Below, one piece after another: positions 50,121-63,039 of a stretch of 64,000 nt of DNA. Origin of the DNA: Sphaerodactylus townsendi (taxonomy: Eukaryota); NCBI RefSeq assembly GCF_021028975.2, contig NC_059430.1, forward strand, positions 107,942,001 to 108,006,000, in the 5' to 3' direction. A program made the position numbers and the translations under genes. The notes under the pieces were generated by a model, which made no database searches, was not told the DNA's origin, and saw only the letters and a program-made list of their open reading frames with translations. Position 1 is the stretch's first letter; the number at the start of each line of letters is the position of its first letter.

Positions 50121-50730
50121 CTTTCAAGGACTGGTTTCAGCCAATTTCAAACACCTCCAGGTTTTGAAGTGGACATTGCCCTTGCAAAAGAAAATAATCC
50201 TTCTAACAAAAGATAGATTTTATGATGGAAAAATGGAATGAGAATTCTTTTTTTTATAGTCCTGATATTTCCAAGAACAAACTTTATCTCCATGGAAAGA
50301 GCCAGATAAAATCATCCTGCTTCTACCAAAGTACAAGGTGCAAAAATAACACTGATTTTAAGTGCTAGAGTGTTGCTAACTCCTGAGAGTAGCAGTTGTG
50401 GCATTAAGAACTGTTACAAGCAGCAGTAAGTAATTATTATACTACATGGAAATTATTTCAAGGAACAAGATTCTCTGATCTTACACCAAACAGAGAAACT
50501 TAAGTTCCAATCATTATGCAGTGAGCTGAAAAGGATGTTCAAAGGTATTTGGCTGACCACTCATTGGTAAATACATGTTCCTCAGTTCCAAAAGGCCCCT
50601 GAGGTCCTCATTCCCTGGATACCCCCATTTTTTGACATGGCTTATTCCCCCTTTTCTGTACATAAGTAACCCTGTTACCCTAGCCTCTCAGTTGGTCTTT
50701 AGCTTCTCTGCTTCAAGGACCTGATTCAGA

Positions 50731-50871
50731 GGCCCCTTCCGCACACGCAAAATAATGCGTTTTCAAACCACTTTCACAATTGTTTGCAAGTGGATTTTGC
50801 TATTCCACTCAGCTTTAAAGAGCACTGAAAGCAGTTTGAAAGTGCATTATTCTGCATGTGTGGAATGAGCC
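50731..50871. mobile_element. Harbinger-like MITE
   Basis: TIRs with TSD AGA. Confidence 0.88.
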
Positions 50872-51100
50872 AGAATTTCCTTACTATACCTGGTCGGTTT
50901 CATCTCCCAACGCTCCTTCATCACCTTTGAGGACAACCCCCTCCCTTCTCCCCAGAAGCAGGTGGAGAAGTTGCTCTTTCTCTTTTTTTAGTTTTATTCC
51001 CCGTTAAGTAGGCAGTTTTTCTAGGGAAAGGTTTGTTTTGTGCAACATTTACTGCATTTCCCCCCTTTATTTAACCTGCTTTTTCTATAGTCCATACATT

Positions 51101-51526
51101 GGCCGTTTCCGCACGGGCGATGAATGGCGAACTGGAGACAGTAAAAACGCCGTCTCCAGGCCGCCATTCGCACGGGGGGCGCAGCTACAACGCAGCCACG
51201 CCGCCCTCACGCCGCCCACCCGGCCTGAAGCCGGCGTTTCCCCAGAGCGCTTCCCAGCGCTCTTTTTGGGGAAACGCCGCAGTGAAGCCGCTGCCGAGCG
51301 AACGGCAGCGGCTTCGTGCCGCCTCCCCCACCCGGCACTCACCTTGTCCCCAGGCCTCCGGCGCATCGCCGATGCCTGGGGACACGCCCCCCTGCCCTGC
51401 GCCACTGGAGCCGTGGCGCCGGCTGCCCGGCTGTTCCCAGGACCGTCCATGCGGACGGTCCCAGCGTCGTCAGGTAGGCGTCATAAACGCCGACCCAGCC
51501 GTTTCCGCCTTCGTGCGGAAACGGCC
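51101..51526. mobile_element. GC-rich young Harbinger-like MITE
   Basis: TIR GGCCGTTTCCGCACG...CGTGCGGAAACGGCC, TSD ATT, CpGs retained. Confidence 0.92.
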
Positions 51527-53039
51527 ATTGATTTGGGGTTTTTTTCCTGTTTATAAAATAAACCCTTTGTTTAAGGGTCTTTTTCCTTTCATTTTTTCCA
51601 AAGGGGTAGTCTGGATCTGGATCTTGGTATGCACAGGCTAGATCCCAAGTATGGTAATGTACCCCAAAATACACATTTTTAAAACATGTTAGCAAGGGGA
51701 TGCCTTAGAGCATTACAGCCCTGACATGTGTAGACCAATTTGGGTAACAGTTCCCAATTAGACTTGAAATTCAAATACCCAAGCCACAATTTAGTTCTAA
51801 AAGAGCAGCCAATTCTGCATAACTAGTACAATTTCACACAGTCTTTCTTCAAATGAGTCAACAGTAGAATGCATGGACTGTATCTTCAAAATAGCTCCAT
51901 GTGGTAGGTTAGACTGAGACAGCAAGTAGCTCAAGATTACCCTACAGACTGCATGACTGAGGAGATCTAAGCTCAAATCTCAAGCTGACCATTATACTGT
52001 AAGCCACAGGTGTCAAACTCGCAGCCCTCCAGATGTTATGGACTACAGTTCCCATCATCCCCTTCCAGCATGATGCACAGCGGGATGATAGAACTATAGT
52101 CAATTACATCTATGCTATAAGCAATGCTGACTGAGTGCTGGACTGTTTAGGAGAGTCCAAAGCAGCCCAGCACTCAGTCAGCAATGCTGAGAAGAGTGTG
52201 GGGGCAGGAGAGGAATGGAACTTTTCCAGAGGTGGCTGCATTCAGGAGACCCTTTAAACAATCCCTACATGCAGCCCCTTTCCCTGCCTTAGAGAGGGGG
52301 GTTGGTTATAGCTGTTGTGTTCTGTGCTGGCTAAAGGTCCACCTACCCACCCTTTTTCCGGGAATTGGCTGCATGTGGGGATTGTTTAAATGATCCTCGA
52401 ATGCCGCCGAATCCCAAATGTCAACAAGCTGGTCCAAATACTTTTATTCTGATCGGCTCCTATTTGTGGGTTTTGTGGCTAGGGCCGTGTATGGCCTGGA
52501 GCCATGCCTGAATAAACTGATTAGGGCATGGCCTTAATTGGAGCCAATTTCCAAAATATACTAGCAGGCATAAAACAATTTAATTCACACAACATTAAAA
52601 CAGAACCATCCATTTTAGATAAGACTACCAACGCTGGGCCTCTTTTAATTTATTTCAGAGTCCTTCTGAAGAAGAAAAGTTTGGCATATAGTTCAGAAAG
52701 GGTATGGGGCCAACCTCTCTTCTTGAGGGAGGGAATTTCATAGCCTGTGGCAGTGGCCCTTTCCCCACTCACTGTTTGCTGCGCGCTACTCTTGCCGAGG
52801 GGAGGCGGGTCCAGCACTGCACTCCCACTGCAGAGTGGCTAGCACCCAGCCCGACCTGCTGCTCTTAAGCCCCTCAAGCCTTGGGTCATTCTAGCTTCTC
52901 AAAGCGGTAGCACGGTGACAGCGTGGGGGCGGGGAGCAGTGGGAAACCAGGAACACGACCCTGGCGCTAAAAGGTCCTGGACCAGGCAAGCGGGCGTCAT
53001 TTTACAAGAGGTGGGAAATGGCCAGGCTTTCTTGGAGGA

Positions 53040-54000
53040 GCCCTCTAGGAGTTCAGCTTAAGATGATTTCCTTAAAATGATTTCCTGCCATGCATCAATC
53101 CCAGTCTGAATCCCAGGTAGGCTGTTATGGGTCGAGGCCATCCATTTGATACACACCATTTAGGGCTTAAAGGTCAAAGGCAACACCTTGAATTGAGCTT
53201 GGAAATAAACCTTGGAGTGGTTCTGACCTGGTATGATCATTACAGCGCATCTTAGCATAGACCCTTGAAGCCTCAAGTTGCACTGTTGTTTTTGCACTAT
53301 CTTGAAGGACAGCCCCACAAACAGTGAGTTTAGTCTGACTATGTGACTGGCCTAGAAGCTGGCTGCCTCCAGGGACAGCTACAGCTGGGAAACTAATCTT
53401 TGCTGGTAAAAGGGCTTCTGGGCAGTTTCCAGCTCTGCCCAAAGACACTGCAGAATGTAAAAGCTGCAGACCTGAAATTCTGGGCGGAGAATTATCCATC
53501 TAGTAAAGGTTTTATTCCCTACATGAAACTTTCCCCCCTTGTCTGGATAATGTTCCATTTTCTGTCTGATCCTCATCCATTACTTCACTGTTCCCAGTCA
53601 TCTATTCAACACATCACCCCAGATTCAGAGGCCAAGGGGAGGCAGAGCTGTGTATCATCATGTGATGATGTGTATCATCAGCGTACCAATGGAAAATGGG
53701 TTCAGATCTCCAGAAGATCTCATCCGTCAGTTTCCAGCAGCATGAACACAGAATTGATCTTTGCCATGTCCCAAATGCCAGTGGTCAAGGAGCCAGAAGT
53801 TTAACTCTCACCTTCTCATGTCCATCCAGCCAGGTGAATCAGAAGAGGGCCTGTGGTGGATGATATCAAATCCAAAGACAGATCCAAGACCCACTTCCTC
53901 CCCCTACCACACTGAGCAGCCAGCACAGATCAACTCAGACTGTGATTGGAGTAGTTTTTCTGCTGTAACCTGGTCTGAATCCGGATTAAAAACACACTCA
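53040..54000 (-). mobile_element. Degenerate L2-type LINE reverse transcriptase fragment
   Basis: Minus strand ~53671-53688 reads WYADDT (RT catalytic YADD); surrounding sequence is L2-like. Confidence 0.7.
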
Positions 54001-56984
54001 TAAACAAACACATGGAGCTGCCCCATACCTAATCAGACCAGCGGTCCATCAAGGTCAACATTGATTTCTCGCTCTGGCAGTGGTTTTCCATGGTCTTTCC
54101 CATCTCCTACCTGGTCAACTGCAGATGCCAGGGATTGAACCTGGGACCTTCTGGGCAGTGGTGGGCTCCAACTAATTTAACTGGTTGTTTACAAGCACCA
54201 TCTTAACAACTGGTTCTGCCAAAGTGGTGCGAACCTGCTGAATCCCACCACTGCTTCTGGGTCCCAAGCAGAAGCTCTGCCATTAAACCACAGCCCCTCT
54301 TCCCACAATGCACTCAGTCTCATCCAAGAATGGTGAGATCTATTCAGCTACCACTCTTCATGAGACCTTCTCCAAAAACAATAGCACAATGCGGCAGGGA
54401 TCGCACGTTCATGGCATTTTAAAAAATGACAATGGGCTTCTTGTTGCAGCCACAAGGACCCTATCATGTATAGTTTGGCCCTTAACTGGGGCTGTAGGGG
54501 GAGGGGTTATGGCTATTCTTTCCTCCTGTGCGTACTCCAACCTCCAAAAAGGGCCTGGAGATCTCCTGAAATGAAAACTAGTTCCCTGGAGTCACTGCAG
54601 AGGATTGGCAAAGTTCCCCTGGAAAGAGTGCACCTGCTTTGGAAGGTGGGCTCTAGGGGGGTATCCAATCCTGTAGAATTGGATTCCAGCCCAGCCCCTT
54701 GAGAGAGGCTTATCCAGAGACCTGCAAGTCCAGGCTAAGACCAAGCCCCCCCCCACTTGCTTTGAAATCCACCAATACAGAGCCCACGCATGGGCTCTCA
54801 CCAGTCCAGGGCTGCCCCTCTCCCCCCAAGATCACAGTCTGAGGCTGGCAAGGCTGCTGTGGGCTATAACAGTCACCTCAACCCTCAAGTGCTATTTTGA
54901 GCTGACAAGGTTTCTGCAGGATTGTAGCTCCCCCAGTGTTGTTCTGGGCTGGTGAGTCCACTGTGGACATTTATGTCATATCTAGCCCTTGTAATGAATT
55001 TGACACCCCTGGTCTATGGCTTTAGGTGCCTTTTAAGTTTCTTCCCTAAACCCTGTCCTCGGAGGCTCTGTCCCAAAATCTCCACAAACTCCAGCTCAGA
55101 GTTAGCAATCTGCTCCCCCCCCCGCCGCCCCGTGAAATAAACCACTGAGGGAAGGCACTTTTGTTTGAATGAACAGCACGGGTGGAGGCTAAACACTCCC
55201 TTTTTCTGTTGAAATCAAATGGGTACCTTCCCCACAGCTGCTTTGAAAACAACACCAACTAAGAGATCCAGTCATAGATCTTCCACATTGTTCTGCCCTT
55301 AGATGCAATATGAGCCCATGAGGGAGGCAGCTCCCGTAGGAATTTTTACCTCTTAAAGAGGAGCAGAGGCAAAGACAAAATACAATTCCTGAAACGTTTA
55401 ATGCTAAAACATATCAGTGCCATTCAACCAAGCACCATAAAGCGCTCGGCATTTTACTAAGTTTTTCTTGTACTCAAATGCCGAACTGTCGGTTCTGTTT
55501 TTCTTTACCATCAAAAGCCTCCTGCGTACTCCAGGGTATAATGTTTTAAGAATTAAAATATGTAAGTGAAGCTAAGTCAAATAAACACCTCAGCAACAGC
55601 AAGAATGGGGATAAAAAGCTCTTTGTAGCTTTCTGATAGGTGTCTGTCCTCTTTTTTATTATTTATTTTTTCATGATTTTTCATTTTCACCTCTCACCCT
55701 GCTTCGTAGTAAAGGTACTTATAACATCATCACTTTTCAAGGAAAATATCTGCTAAATGAAACCACATGTCCTAACAACTTCAGTGCTGCTTTAGGCAGG
55801 TTGGTACACAGGTGTGGTAAAAAGCTGCAATCAGTCTTCGACTTGAGGCATTTTGCAACATTCTTTTTTCTCCCCGTAAATTTAAAATTAATGGACACTG
55901 GATCAGCCAGAATTTTCTCCCTATTTTTATTATTCCAAAAACAATGTAATGCAAAATTGATCAGGAGGGTATTTTTAATCAAGGTAACAGGGTTATGTTA
56001 TGTTGCAAAAAGACAATTTATTAAAGGAAACAGGACTGTGGGTTACATTGCTGGGTATATTTTTATTATTATTTACAATTTTTTTAAACCCCATCTTATG
56101 CAAAGTTCTCAAGATGGCTCACAATAAAATCAGAATAATTCAGTAAACTAGTAAAATATGTCATAAATACCAGAATAAAACATGACAATAAAGACATCAA
56201 AAATAAAACCCCAAACTCACATACTAGTCCTTTGAGGATTAGTATGGGGAAGGGGAAGGGAGGGAGAAGGACCCATCATCTGGTCATGGCCCACCCATCC
56301 TGGGTGGGAGGGTTAGAGAAGGCAAGGATGGGGGGTCTCTTTTGTATCGATCATACATTTTCTTCAGGTTTGATTCTTGGTTACTCACACATTTTGCCCT
56401 CTCTGGCAGTCACCCTGCCTTCAGATCAGAGAATCCCCATGGTTTCTGAAATCTATTTAAGTGTAACTTTTTTTCACAGGGAAAGTGAAGGGGTAATGTG
56501 TGTCTTAGTTTCTTCAGGTTTTCTCACTTGTCCCAGAAAGCCTTTTTTCTGCCCTTGGCACGAGTAGTTCCTGCACCACTCTTCAGGCCACTATTTCAAG
56601 AGGATCAGAGGAGCGTCTCTTTTTTTAATGCTGAATGCCTACAGCAGAAGCAATAGACCTTATAAAACCCTATGAAATTTACCTTGGGGTAGACAAAAAA
56701 AATTGGATTTTTTTCAGGTTTGGGTTTATTATACCTAGAAATTTTTGAAAAACCCAATTTTGTATTTTTTTTCTGAATATTTGAGTTATAAAACCCAAAC
56801 CTGAAAAACATGCCTGCCTCTGGACTCCATGTGAGCAGCAGGTAGCACAGAATTGAACCCGCACCTCCTGCTGCTTCCAAGAACCACTTGGACTTCTGAA
56901 GTAGATGCAAAATCCAGACCCAGCCAGTCTTTAACTGTAGGCTCAGCCTGGCCAGTTTTAAACTGAAGGCTCCACCCCATAGAA

Positions 56985-57500
56985 TTGTAGAATCATAGAG
57001 CTGGAAGAGACCACAAGAGCCATTGAGTCCAACCTCTGCCATGCAGCAAGATACAATCAAAACACTCCTGACAGATGGCCATCCAGCCTCTGTTTAAAAA
57101 CCTCTAAAGAAGGAGACTGTGGCCCTTTCCTCACTTACACCCTTAGCCGGAGGGGTTATACGCGCAAGAATTCCCAGTGCGCGCGTTACAATTCCTGGCG
57201 CTTGCGGCCCCACACCATTTGAAAAGGTGCCAGAATTACACGCAGCGCTGGTGGAGAGAGGCAACATCGGGGCTTCTGTGTTCTCGCCCGCCCTAAAGTG
57301 GGGAGTGCAGCTGGACCTCAGGGCTACTTTAGGGAGAGTAAGCGTGGGGCTTGAAGGTAAGTGGGGAAAGGGCCTGTATCACCCTCTGAGGCAGCGCATT
57401 CCACTATTGAACAGCCCTTACCACCAGAAAGTTCTTCCTAATGTTTAGGTGAAATCTATTTTCCTGTACCTTGAACCCATTACTCTTCATCCTAGTCTCT
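56985..57500 (-). mobile_element. CR1 3' fragment interrupted by Harbinger-like MITE (57121-57374, TSD TGT)
   Basis: AGAATCATAGAGCTGGAAGAGACC CR1 end, related to 25578-25750; MITE TIR GGCCCTTTCC...GGAAAGGGCC. Confidence 0.85.
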
Positions 57501-58090
57501 GTTGGCTTGGTCCAGCTTTATACTGTTGGCTCTGCCTCCAAAATGCACATGACCTTTGGAATCCACAGATGAATGCTGAACCCAGCCAGGCTGCAGGTAA
57601 GTGAGGGAGAGGGAGAGCAGAAGGGTTTTTTTTAAGGCTGCGGGCAGTTTCCATTTTTTCAGCAGTTTTCAGGATCCCATTTTTCAGCTCCCTTTTATTG
57701 CTGCCTTTTTAAGATGAAAAAAACCTTAAAAATACTGACAAGGTATTGGGGGAGTTCAGGTTTACCAAATGCCCACTTGTAATTGATGTGACCTTGCATT
57801 TCTTCAGTATACCAAAGATGGCCAAAAAAGGGGGGGCAGGCAACTTCCCCAAATGGAGGTTGCAGAAGCAACAGGGAAGTGGTAGGCTGGCAAAATGGTG
57901 GCTTGGCTTGGCTCAAAAGACCTCCAACCACTCCGCACCTAATTTTTAGCTCTCTTTAAAAGACAGCTTCCAAGTTGTTCAGAGGGAGAATCGGTGGGAC
58001 TTCACAGCGCAAACAAGAAAACTGCAGGAAAACCCCACTGAAATGCAAACATCCACAAGATCAGTGTGGCACACATGAATGGCCCTAGAC

Positions 58091-58239
58091 CCGTGGTGGC
58101 GAACCTTTGGCACTCCAGATGTTATGGACTACAATTCCCATCAGCCCCAGCCAGCATGGCCAATTGGCCATGCTGGCCGGGGCTGATGGGAATTGTAGTC
58201 CATAACATCTGGAGTGCCAAAGGTTCGCCACCACTGCGG
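58091..58239. mobile_element. Palindromic hAT-type MITE
   Basis: Near-perfect palindrome; TSD CCCTAGAC/GCCTAGAC. Confidence 0.9.
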
Positions 58240-59107
58240 GCCTAGACACATTGGAAGCAGAGCAACAATCTCTTCTGGCTTTGGTGGTACTATTGTAGGC
58301 AAAAACAACCTTTCCTCTGTTCAACTGTGCACTGCTGGTGAAAGAAGTTATGAGGGGTGGGGGCTGAGAGACCGGGCATATTAGGTCCTTCATTCAGCCC
58401 CACATCATTTCCAGAAAACAGCAAACCACTTATCCAAATTTCTGATTGTTCAGATAGTCTCATGTTCTCCGCAGCTATGAAAATCAAATAAAGATGTACA
58501 AGAAGATGTTGTTCCAACAATTTTTAAAAGTGCTTTTAAATATCCTTACTATTTTACCATTTGAGATGTTTAGGGCTATATGTTGCTTTCTGGATCTGTT
58601 GCATGAGAAGAAGGGATATTTTTTAATCAACAAGTAAAAAATTCATCCTCTGTAATGTAATTATGATGCGGCCTATGTAATATGATTTTGATAATCATCT
58701 CCTCTAATTTACACAATGTTTCCAGTTGACTTACTTATTTTATGGATTCACTTGGAATATGTCTATGTTGCCTCTCCAGAGAACCTGCCCAAAGTGGCTT
58801 ACAAAATGAAACATAAAACATCATAAAGTACACCATTCAAAACACAGCACAGCATAAAACAACATAAATCCTGAAGCAGTTTAAAATGGATATAAAACAT
58901 TTTCAGGCTAAAAACATACTATGAAGTAATGGTGCTTTTCACATACACTGCTTACCACGATTTTCCCAGTGGTCAAACCTTGTGTCTGGAAATCATTTTC
59001 TGTGAAATCATTCCACACACCTCCTTTCCCCATGTTGTTCTGGTCCCCCTGCCCCTCCAGTTGTATTTATTCCCCACACTACTGCTGAAAATGTATTATT
59101 CCTGGTA

Positions 59108-59752
59108 GAAGAAGAGAAGAAGAGTTTGGATTTAGATCCCCCGCTTTCTCTCCTGTAGGAGACTCAAAGGGGCTTACAATCTACTTTCTCTTCCCCCCTC
59201 ACAACAAACATCCTGTGAGGTGCACAGGCTAATCTTGGCTGTTTCCGCACAGCCAAAAAACAGCGCCCTAGGGACGATAAAAACACCATCCCTGGAATGG
59301 TGTTTGCACAGTTGGTGCTGCTGCATCGCAGCGTGAGGGCACCGCTTTTGGCCCCTCTGGTGTTCCCATTCGCCTATCTCTCCTCCATCCACAGCTCTGA
59401 ACAGCTGGAGAGACACACCCATGCTACCCTCCAACCCCTGGAGTTTGGAGGGCAGCATGGGCTTGTCCTTCCAGCCGTCCAGAGCTGCGCAGGGAGGAGA
59501 GGTAGGTAAACAAGACGATGCACAGGCAGCTCCGCGGGTTGCAGCAGCCTCGGCGCTGCCCGCACAAGACCATGTGAACGGTCTCATGCGTCCACCAGCA
59601 TTAATTATGCCGGTGGACAGCCATTTCTGCCACTGTGCCGAAATGGACCTGGTTCACCAAATAAGCCTCCACAGCTCAAGTGGCAGAGCAGAGAATCAAA
59701 CTCAGTACCCCAGATTAGAGAGCACCTGCTCTTAACCACTACACCACGCTGG
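59108..59752 (-). mobile_element. CORE-type SINE with nested Harbinger-like MITE (~59237-59583)
   Basis: SINE halves flank a GGCTGTTTCCGCACA-starting element. Confidence 0.75.
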
Positions 59753-62524
59753 TAGTGGTGGGATGTCATCCATGATGCAGAAGAACAACAACCCTGTCCC
59801 TTTTTTACAGGTGTTCTAGCATTACTATGCAATTACATTTTGAAATGACAATTCAAAAATGTCTCAGCTTCCATTTCTATTGCTGAGAACCACTAACCCA
59901 AAATGGAAGCCAAAACAACTCCTGCAGCAGATGCCATTACCTAAAGGAACAGAAACAGCCCACCCCAACCCCACAAACAGCCTCATTTTTGGGCCAGATT
60001 TGATATGCAGTAATGCACAACTGGTAATACAGCAGTTCCCAAGTAGATACAGGGATTATGCCTAGTACTCTTTTCAATTGCCCCAATGCCTCAGTATTCT
60101 ACCACTGATGCAATCACCCCCAGCTTTAAAGTTGCTCTCTGTCCTAACATTACATTGGTAGTTCAATGTGAAATTGACAAAGCTAATCCACTCAACCTGG
60201 TTTCTTTGTATCTCCTCCTTAATGTTAAGTCTCTAATTCAAAATGGCAGAGTTTTTTAAAAAAAATTCCATTTGAAATGGAATAGGAGGAGGAGAAAATG
60301 GCTGAAGGGAGGTTAAGCAGCTAAGTGGAAAGTAGATAATGGTCAGGAGTTTGGTTGGGTGGGCAACTAAAGATCATTTCAAGATGATCTCACGCTCAAG
60401 GGTGGATAGCTTAGAAACAGATTTTTTTTAAAAAAAAACTGAGGTTAAAGCACTCAACAAAACAATGACCGAAAAATGATTGTTTCCAAAACAATACAAA
60501 CATTTCCAAAACCAAACATAGAAAAGAATGCGTGGAATGCAAAGAAAAAAAATTGGTGGCAAGATACATTGTAAATGACTCATGCAGAAAAGGCTAATGT
60601 TTAAAAGATTAACCGGTTTAAAAGCCAAAGAAACAGATGTTTTGGCTTGGCACTTAAATTAGGGTTTCTAGGCAAGCCAGGCCTGGCCTGGCAACTAGTG
60701 GGAAACCAGAGGGGTCATGGGGGGCACCACTGGTGACAGTGTGATATCACTTCCGGGAGAAAGAAGTGGCATCATATCTCTCTAGAATCACCAGAAACAA
60801 TATGATGAAACCATAGCATCCTATAACCACAGATTCCAGTAATTCCTAGACAGGACTACCATCATTTCTGGGTTTTTCCCGGAACTGATGTCACACAATT
60901 GCCTTCTAGCAATTTTTTAAAGATTATTTTTCAACCAGCAGCTGCAGTAACAGGACACAGGAGCTGAGAAAGAGGATCCCCTGCCCCTAATGGCTTGCCT
61001 AACAAAAGGTAGTATAGGCACAAGGTGAACCTCAGAAGGAGGGGCAATCCTCTGGCAAGGGGACATCACTAAAAAAAAGCTGTGGCTCTGATCACCACAC
61101 ACATTGCGGCCCATCAGAAGGTTTGGTGTAATCGTGCTGATCTTCTGGATAAGGTTTCCTTCCGTGAAGCCTTCCAAATTCATTCAGCAAATAGCTTGTT
61201 CACCCTGAGCAATACACTTATTTATTTCATTTAAAACATTTCTATCTTGTCTTTCTATCAAATCTGGGTGTTCAAGGTGCAGTAAGAAAACATTTTATTA
61301 CAACAAGTTCTTTGAGGATTAAAAAGAAGCTCATCCAGAAGCCAAGGACATCAAAAGCATGGGAACAAAAGCCAAGGCAAACATTTGAGGCCAGCAGAAA
61401 TGTTTTTCCTTAGGACGGCTTAATTAACAGCACAGGCGCCTGACAAACAGGGAATTGTTCCAGTGTGGGGGTGCCACCGTCTGGTCCAATTTCGTTCATG
61501 AGGTTTTAATCCCTGTTCTTGTTTTCGTATTCATTTAATCATAATCTTAATGGGTTTTTCCTTTGTTTTGTACACTACTTTGGGATATGTGATTGGAAAC
61601 TTCCCAAAAAGACATGCAACTAAATAAACTTTCCAGACACATGGACTGCCTAAATACATGGTCATACATATGTCCCAGGTTTAATCTCCAATATCTCTAC
61701 TCAAGGATCATGTTTTGTCCTCAATACTAGGCATCAAAATAAGAAGGCAGCATAGTTTCGAACAGAACAGTTTCATAATTTAGTTCTTTGTCTGGATCTT
61801 GACAACATCCTCCTTTCTCCCTGTTTCAGCCCACACCAGTCCTGGACAGGACTAGGGCAGTCTGAAACACTGACCAGGAATAAAGGAACAGAGTTGTCAA
61901 AACACCACATTCCTTTTTTCCCCCTAGACATGTAACTGTACCCATAAATACAAATGCAGAAGCTTGAAACATCCTAACACCTATAACATGTGTAACAACC
62001 ATAATAACTTTACACTTGCATTCACAGATTTTTTTTAAAAAAAAGAGGGAACAAACTACACAAATGAAAAAAAATGGAAGTAACTGTGCAGATAGAGTCT
62101 AGGCCCCAGATATATCTCAGTTTATGGGACATAGTCCTGCAAATAATTTCGATTAAGCTGATGTTCTTTGTCAGTAATGCCGAATTCCTGTTCCTAGAGC
62201 TGATGGTGTTTCTGGATTGTGTAAAATATGCACAATTATAATCACCACAATCCTATCTGGCAGATGGAGTACTATGAAGTGGTTTCATGTGAGACATATT
62301 TCTTCTGGCTTTCCGTCTGTAATTATTGTGCCATTTACATGTATGATAGAAGGGCAGTGAAAGTTGGTTTTAAGGCTGGATATTCTTTACAATATCCCTA
62401 TCTTCCACTTGGGCAGGTACTATTCTGGCTCTCATATTGTTTCATTGCAAGCTTTGCCTTCTTAACACATAGGATGCATCTTTTCAGGCCATATCTACTA
62501 GAGGCAATGTTATCTGTACCTGTC

Positions 62525-62935
62525 TCACATAAAAAGAGCCTTGCTGGATCAGACAAATGGTCCATCTAGTCCAGCATCCTGCCTCACACAGTTCCTCTGG
62601 AGGTCCAACAAGAAGACTTAAAGCCAGGGCTTTCCCTTGATATGGTGTTTACTGTCTCTGAACATGGAGGTTCCCTTTAACCACCATGGCTAGTAGCCAC
62701 TGATAGATCTATCCCCCATGAATTTTTCTAATCACTTTTTTCAATTTTTCTATACTTGTGGATATATCTACATCCTCTGACAGAGAATTCCACATTTTAA
62801 TCACTTGCTATGCAGACAGTTCATCATTTAGTCCTTCCTGAATATACTGCTCATCAGATTAATTGGATGCCCCTGAGTTCCAGCATTTTGGGAGAGGGAG
62901 GAAAGGCTCTCATTGGCAACTCTCTCCACCACACT
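62525..62935 (-). mobile_element. Old CR1 3' fragment
   Basis: ACATAAAAAGAGCCTTGCTGGATCAGAC...CCATCTAGTCCAGC, similar to the CR1 at 38770. Confidence 0.75.
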
Positions 62936-63039
62936 GGGAAGATCACATGTGGTGTGATCTATACTGACCTCGACCAATGGTGATAGAGGAAGTGTAATAT
63001 TGCAGAACATGTCTGTGGAATTGCTGCTTAGCATAGAGT

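Noticed and set aside
49672-50241. ORFs spanning N runs (also 15608-15830, 25074-25529)
   Set aside because: Artefacts of assembly gaps.
51038-51695. ORFs of 118-180 aa (also 9592-9934, 27883-28175, 37304-37751, 45915-46317, 59174-59735)
   Set aside because: They coincide with GC-rich MITEs bounded by TIRs and TSDs.
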